From Azolla caroliniana (taxonomy: Eukaryota > Plantae > Polypodiophyta), in contig JBHGNT010000008.1 of the NCBI GenBank assembly GCA_043228905.1, forward strand, positions 7,750,001-7,814,000: a stretch of DNA of 64,000 nt. The letters are read 5' to 3'. How positions within the stretch are numbered: position 1 is the stretch's first letter; the number at the start of each line of letters is the position of its first letter. This document shows, piece after piece, positions 59,800 to 64,000 of the stretch. The notes under the pieces were generated by a model. That model ran no database searches. It saw only the letters and a program-made list of their open reading frames with translations, and was not told where the DNA came from. The position numbers were made by a program, and so were the translations under genes.

Positions 59800-62700
59800 C
59801 ACTGTATGTACGCCGTTGTCTTCATGTGCATCACTTCCCATATCGTGGCATCGATTTTCTCCGGTCTCTTGTCCCCAAACTGAACCGGCAACCAAAGATC
59901 TTTAACCACGAGCATGTCCCTCATCTTCATCTTCCACACCGAATAGTTGGAGCCAGTGAGCTTGAATATGCCTACCAACGAATCGTCCATTTTTCTGTGT
60001 CATTTTGCTCTGGTACCACTTTGAAAGGAATACACGCTCCCTAAAACACAGCGCTTGGCCACAACCGAGTCTAGGATGAAACACAGAAAACGGGTAAGGT
60101 ACGCACGGCACAGTGAAGAGAAGAGTACACAGGATGTTAACGTGGAAAACCCAAACTAGGGAAAAACCACGGCAGCCCACAGACTGCAAACTATCACTAT
60201 ATCACAATGTACAGTAGTAAAACACCGAGGCAACGACCTCGAGCTTGCTATCTTTGCCATAGGCGGCGGTTACAACAGAGGCAACGACCTCTTCCTCTCT
60301 CTCTCTCTCTCTCTATACACGGTTGCACTCAAATCTTGCACCAACAAGAATGACAACTCATCTACTCTAGGTTTGCCCTAAATCATATTTATACTAATAT
60401 GAATTTTCGGCTATTTACAAATATAGCCCCGATGGACTCTTAGAAAACATATTTACGAATATGTCCCTTCATCCGGCTCTTGACGGGTACTCGTCATCCG
60501 GTTCTCACCGAGTCTTCCGTTGCCAAGTACTTGTGATCCGGTTCTCACCGGGTCTTCCGTTGTCGGGTACTCCACATCTGGCTCTCACCGGGTTTTCCTT
60601 GCCGGGTACTTGTCATCCGGTTCTCACCGGGTCTTTCGTTGCCGGGTACTCCACATTCGGTTCTCACCGGGTCTTCCTTGCCGGGTACTCCAATCCCATC
60701 CGGAGGGATCTGTTTCCTAACAAACTCCCCCTTCACTCCGGCATGGGATGTCTTACTAGTCCGATCTGCTTCCGACATGCATCCACCTTGTCGGGTATCA
60801 ATACTTTTGTCAGCATATCTGACCCGTTCTCGGCCGTGTGGATCTTCATTAGTGCGAACTCTTGATCTTCTACTCGCTCCTGGATCCAGTGATACCTATG
60901 CTGGATGTGCTTCGTCCTGGAGTTGCGTTCTTAGCAAGGTGGATGACACTTTGACTGTCGCAATAGAGCCAGTATTCGTCTTGCCGGATACCGAGCTCTC
61001 CGATGAAGTCCTTCATCCATATTATTTCCTTGCCGGCTTCCACAGCCGCCATGTACTCCGCCTCCGTGGTTGACAGCGCAACCGTCTTCTGCAACCTCGA
61101 CTGCCACGAAATAGCTCCCCCTGCATATGTCATTACATACCCGGATGTAGACCAGTTGGTATCCACATCAGCTGACATGTCCGAATCGGTAAAACCGTCA
61201 AGTTGAGGTTTACCGGAGCCGAATCGGAGACACATATTCGAAGTGCCCTTCAGGTACCGGAGTATCCATTTGACCGTGTTCCAGTGCTCCTTGTCGGGAT
61301 TGCTCATAAACCGGCTCACCACTCCGACTGTGTATCCAATGTCCGGCCGAGTACACACCATTGCGTACATCAAGCTCCCGACAGCAGAGGCATATGGAAC
61401 CTTCACCATATCCGCCTTCTCTGCTTTCGTCTTCGGGCTTTGCTTACCGAATAATCTGCAGTTTGCCGGGAGTGTCGATTCGACCAGTTTCGCTTCCAAC
61501 ATGTTGAACCGTTGAAGCACCTTTGTCACGTATTTCTCCTATGACAGCCACAATTGCTTCGTTGGCCGGTTCCGGATGATATGCATCCCCAGCATCTGTC
61601 TTGCCGGATCCAAGTCTTTCATTGAGAAGGTTCAATTGAGAGCCTTCTTTAGCATCCGTATTTTGGCTTGGTCCCGTCCGACGATCAACATGTCGTCCAC
61701 TTATGAAGGAGTATCAGAAAGTCACCTCCTTCGAACTTCTTCACAAACACGCAGTGATCGGCCTACGTCTTGTGGTACCCTTGATCGGTCATGAAGGAGT
61801 CGAACGTCCTGTACCATTGTCGGGGAGCCTGCTTCAGTCCATACAGGCTCTTCTTCAACCGGCAAACCAGGTGCTCCTTCCCTTTCTCTACGAATCCTTC
61901 CGGTTGCTGCATGTAGATCTCCTCTTCTAGGTGACCGTGAAGGAATGTCGTCTTCACGTCCAGCTGCTCTACCTCGAGGTCCATGCTTGCCGCTATACTC
62001 AGCACCATCCAGATGGAGGTCATCTTTACTACCGAGGCAAATATCTCGTCGAAGTCCACGCCCTTCTTCTGCTAGAACCCGTTCCCCACAATCCTGGCTT
62101 TGTATCTTGGGGGGTTGTCGGCATCTCCCGGTTTCAACTTGTACACCCACTTGTTTCGGAGTGCCCGCTTTCCTTTCGGCAACTCCACCAATTCGTACAT
62201 ATGGTTCTCATGCAGGGAATCCATCTCATACTGCATGGCACTTAACCATTTGCGGCTATGGGTGTCACTTTTAACTTCCTCGAAGCTTTCTGGCTCCCCC
62301 TCATCGATCAGCAGCACATGCTCTGCATCTGGAAATCTTCAGGGGGGCCTTCTCTCTTTGAGAGGATATCTCCGTCTTTGACCTTCGGCAACCGGCTCCA
62401 CTATTTGTTCTTCATCCGAATCCAATTCGGGGTCTTGGTCGGTTTCGGTTTCACCTATTTCTTCTTCTTCGGCCTGTCTTGTCTCCTTACCGTCACTGGC
62501 CGGTTCATCGAGTGCTAACTGGTCTCTTGCCGGTTGGGTCTGCTCATCGTAGAATAGATCTCCTCACTAGTCGACTCAGAGTTCATTATCTTCTTCTCCG
62601 ACTCCCAATCGGCGAGCGTCTTGTCCTCCATGAAGATAATATCTCGACTCCGGAATACCTTCTTGTCGGCCAGGTCCCACACTCGGTAGCCGAACTCATC

Positions 62701-64000
62701 GTCGCCGTAACCGAGGAATATGCATGGCCATGTCTTTGGATCCAACTTTCCTCTCCGGTCCTTAGCAACATGCACGTACGCGAGACACCCGACTACCTTC
62801 AGATGCCGATAGGACACTTCCTTACCGGTCCAGACTCTCGGTGGCGTGTCTCCGTCCAAGGGTACTGAGGGTGATTTGTTTATCACATATGTCATCGTTG
62901 ACAGTGCCTCAGCCCAAAACTTCTTGGGTAATTTTGCATGCGCCAGCATACTCCGGACCCTCTCCATTATGGTTTGGTTCATCCTCTCGGCCAGCCCGTT
63001 TAGTTCCGGCGTCTTTGGCACGGTAAATTTGAGCCGGATTCCCTTCGAGCGATAGTACTCCTCGAACTGCCCCCAGTATTCTCCTCCGTTATTTGCTCGA
63101 ACCGCCTTTAGCTTCCAGCCGGTTTCTCTTTCCACTCTCACGTGGAGCTCTTTGAAGACGGATAGCACCTGATCCTTCATCTTCAGCGGTGTGGCCCACA
63201 GCTACCGGCTATGGTCATCTATGAACGTCACGAAGTACTGCAATTCGGCATGTGACTTCGTGTCCACTTGACATACATTAGTATGCACCAACTCCAGTGG
63301 TGCATTACGTCTCATCGGTGGCCTCGATCGGAAGGAGGTCCGGTTTTGTTTACCGGCCAGAAAATTAGTGCACTTCTCCAAGTGCACGTTCTTCACTGGG
63401 ATGAGGTTGTCGTCTGCAAGCCTCTTCATCCCCTTCTCGCTCATGTGACACAGCCTCTTGTGCCACAGCTCACCGGCAGTGTCAGATGCCACGTTCACTT
63501 CCTCCGACCATAACCGGGCATTCATAAGGTACAACATGTTGACCTTCCGGACCCGAGCCACAATCAGGCTCCCTTTACTGAACTTCATAACACCGTTCCG
63601 GATGCTACCCGTGTAGCCTTCATCATCTAGCCGATCGGCTGATATCAGGTTCAGACGAACCTCCGAAACGTGTCGGACATCCTTCAGCAGCAGCTTGCAT
63701 CCGGTTGGTGTTGTCAACCACACGTCTCCTATGCCAACAATTCGGCATGTACCTTTATTCCCCATCCGGACACAGCTGTGATCATCGGTTGAGTAGGATG
63801 AGAAGCATTTCCAGTCCAGGGTAAGGTGGAACGACGCTCCGAAGTCGACCACCCAGGTCATCTCGTCGTCAGCAAGGTTTAGCTCACTCTCCTCGGTGAT
63901 GAGCATCAACTCTTCTTCACTTGCCGCGATTGCCGTCGTTCCCTTCCGGTCCGTTCCCCTCCTGTCTTTACCATTCCGGTCCAGTGTCTGCTTCGAATTA
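59800..64000 (-). mobile_element. Copia family D: PR-INT-RT-RH-PPT-LTR(60022-60722)-PBS-gag start; continues beyond the window
   Basis: WVVDFGASFH, ANNGGEY, DVKTTFLHG, GFTDSD; PPT AAGGGGGAG at ~60733-60725; PBS TGGTACCAGAGC at 60018-60007; gag MDDSLVGIFKLTGSNYSVWK. Confidence 0.93.
60470..60692. repeat. ~40 bp tandem repeat (5-6 copies) in LTR U3
   Basis: Unit approximately CATCCGGTTCTCACCGGGTCTTCCGTTGCCGGGTACTC. Confidence 0.9.

Larger units (their letters stand above)
41499..59820 (-). mobile_element. Copia family C 3' half (RT-RNaseH-PPT-3' LTR 41499-41923), split by two Gypsy insertions
   Basis: PPT AGGGGGAG at 41931-41924; RTKHIEVHYHF (~42550), GYTDTDWAG (~51950), [11 protein letters not shown] (~59750). 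The frame QCAQRVLRYISG is restored across 52026-59086. Confidence 0.92.

Overview
Eukaryotic, almost entirely retrotransposon-derived DNA, most likely heterochromatin of a non-seed land plant (fern, lycophyte or bryophyte; inferred from plant tRNA-iMet, -Trp and -Arg primer-binding sites, a Tcn1-type chromovirus and C-to-T decay). No convincing host gene is present. The window is a stack of nested insertions: two LINE remnants, a Tcn1/Tf1-like chromovirus (6069-16393), at least three Ty1/Copia families, several solo LTRs and two non-chromoviral Ty3/Gypsy lineages. One Gypsy copy (52026-59086) is intact, with apparently identical LTRs. Main points of interest: (1) one Gypsy lineage has a tRNA-3'-half mimic ending in CCA where the polypurine tract should be, conserved in two diverged copies, plus a conserved unknown accessory ORF; (2) LTRs of three families carry antisense tRNA-type A/B boxes in U3; (3) two divergently oriented minimal type I hammerhead ribozymes sit in a Penelope-like or retrozyme-like inverted unit; (4) a predicted -1 frameshift with pseudoknot lies after the protease in the intact Gypsy; (5) the chromovirus has a self-priming PBS. 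Coordinates were counted by hand, and family names come from motif recognition, not database searches.
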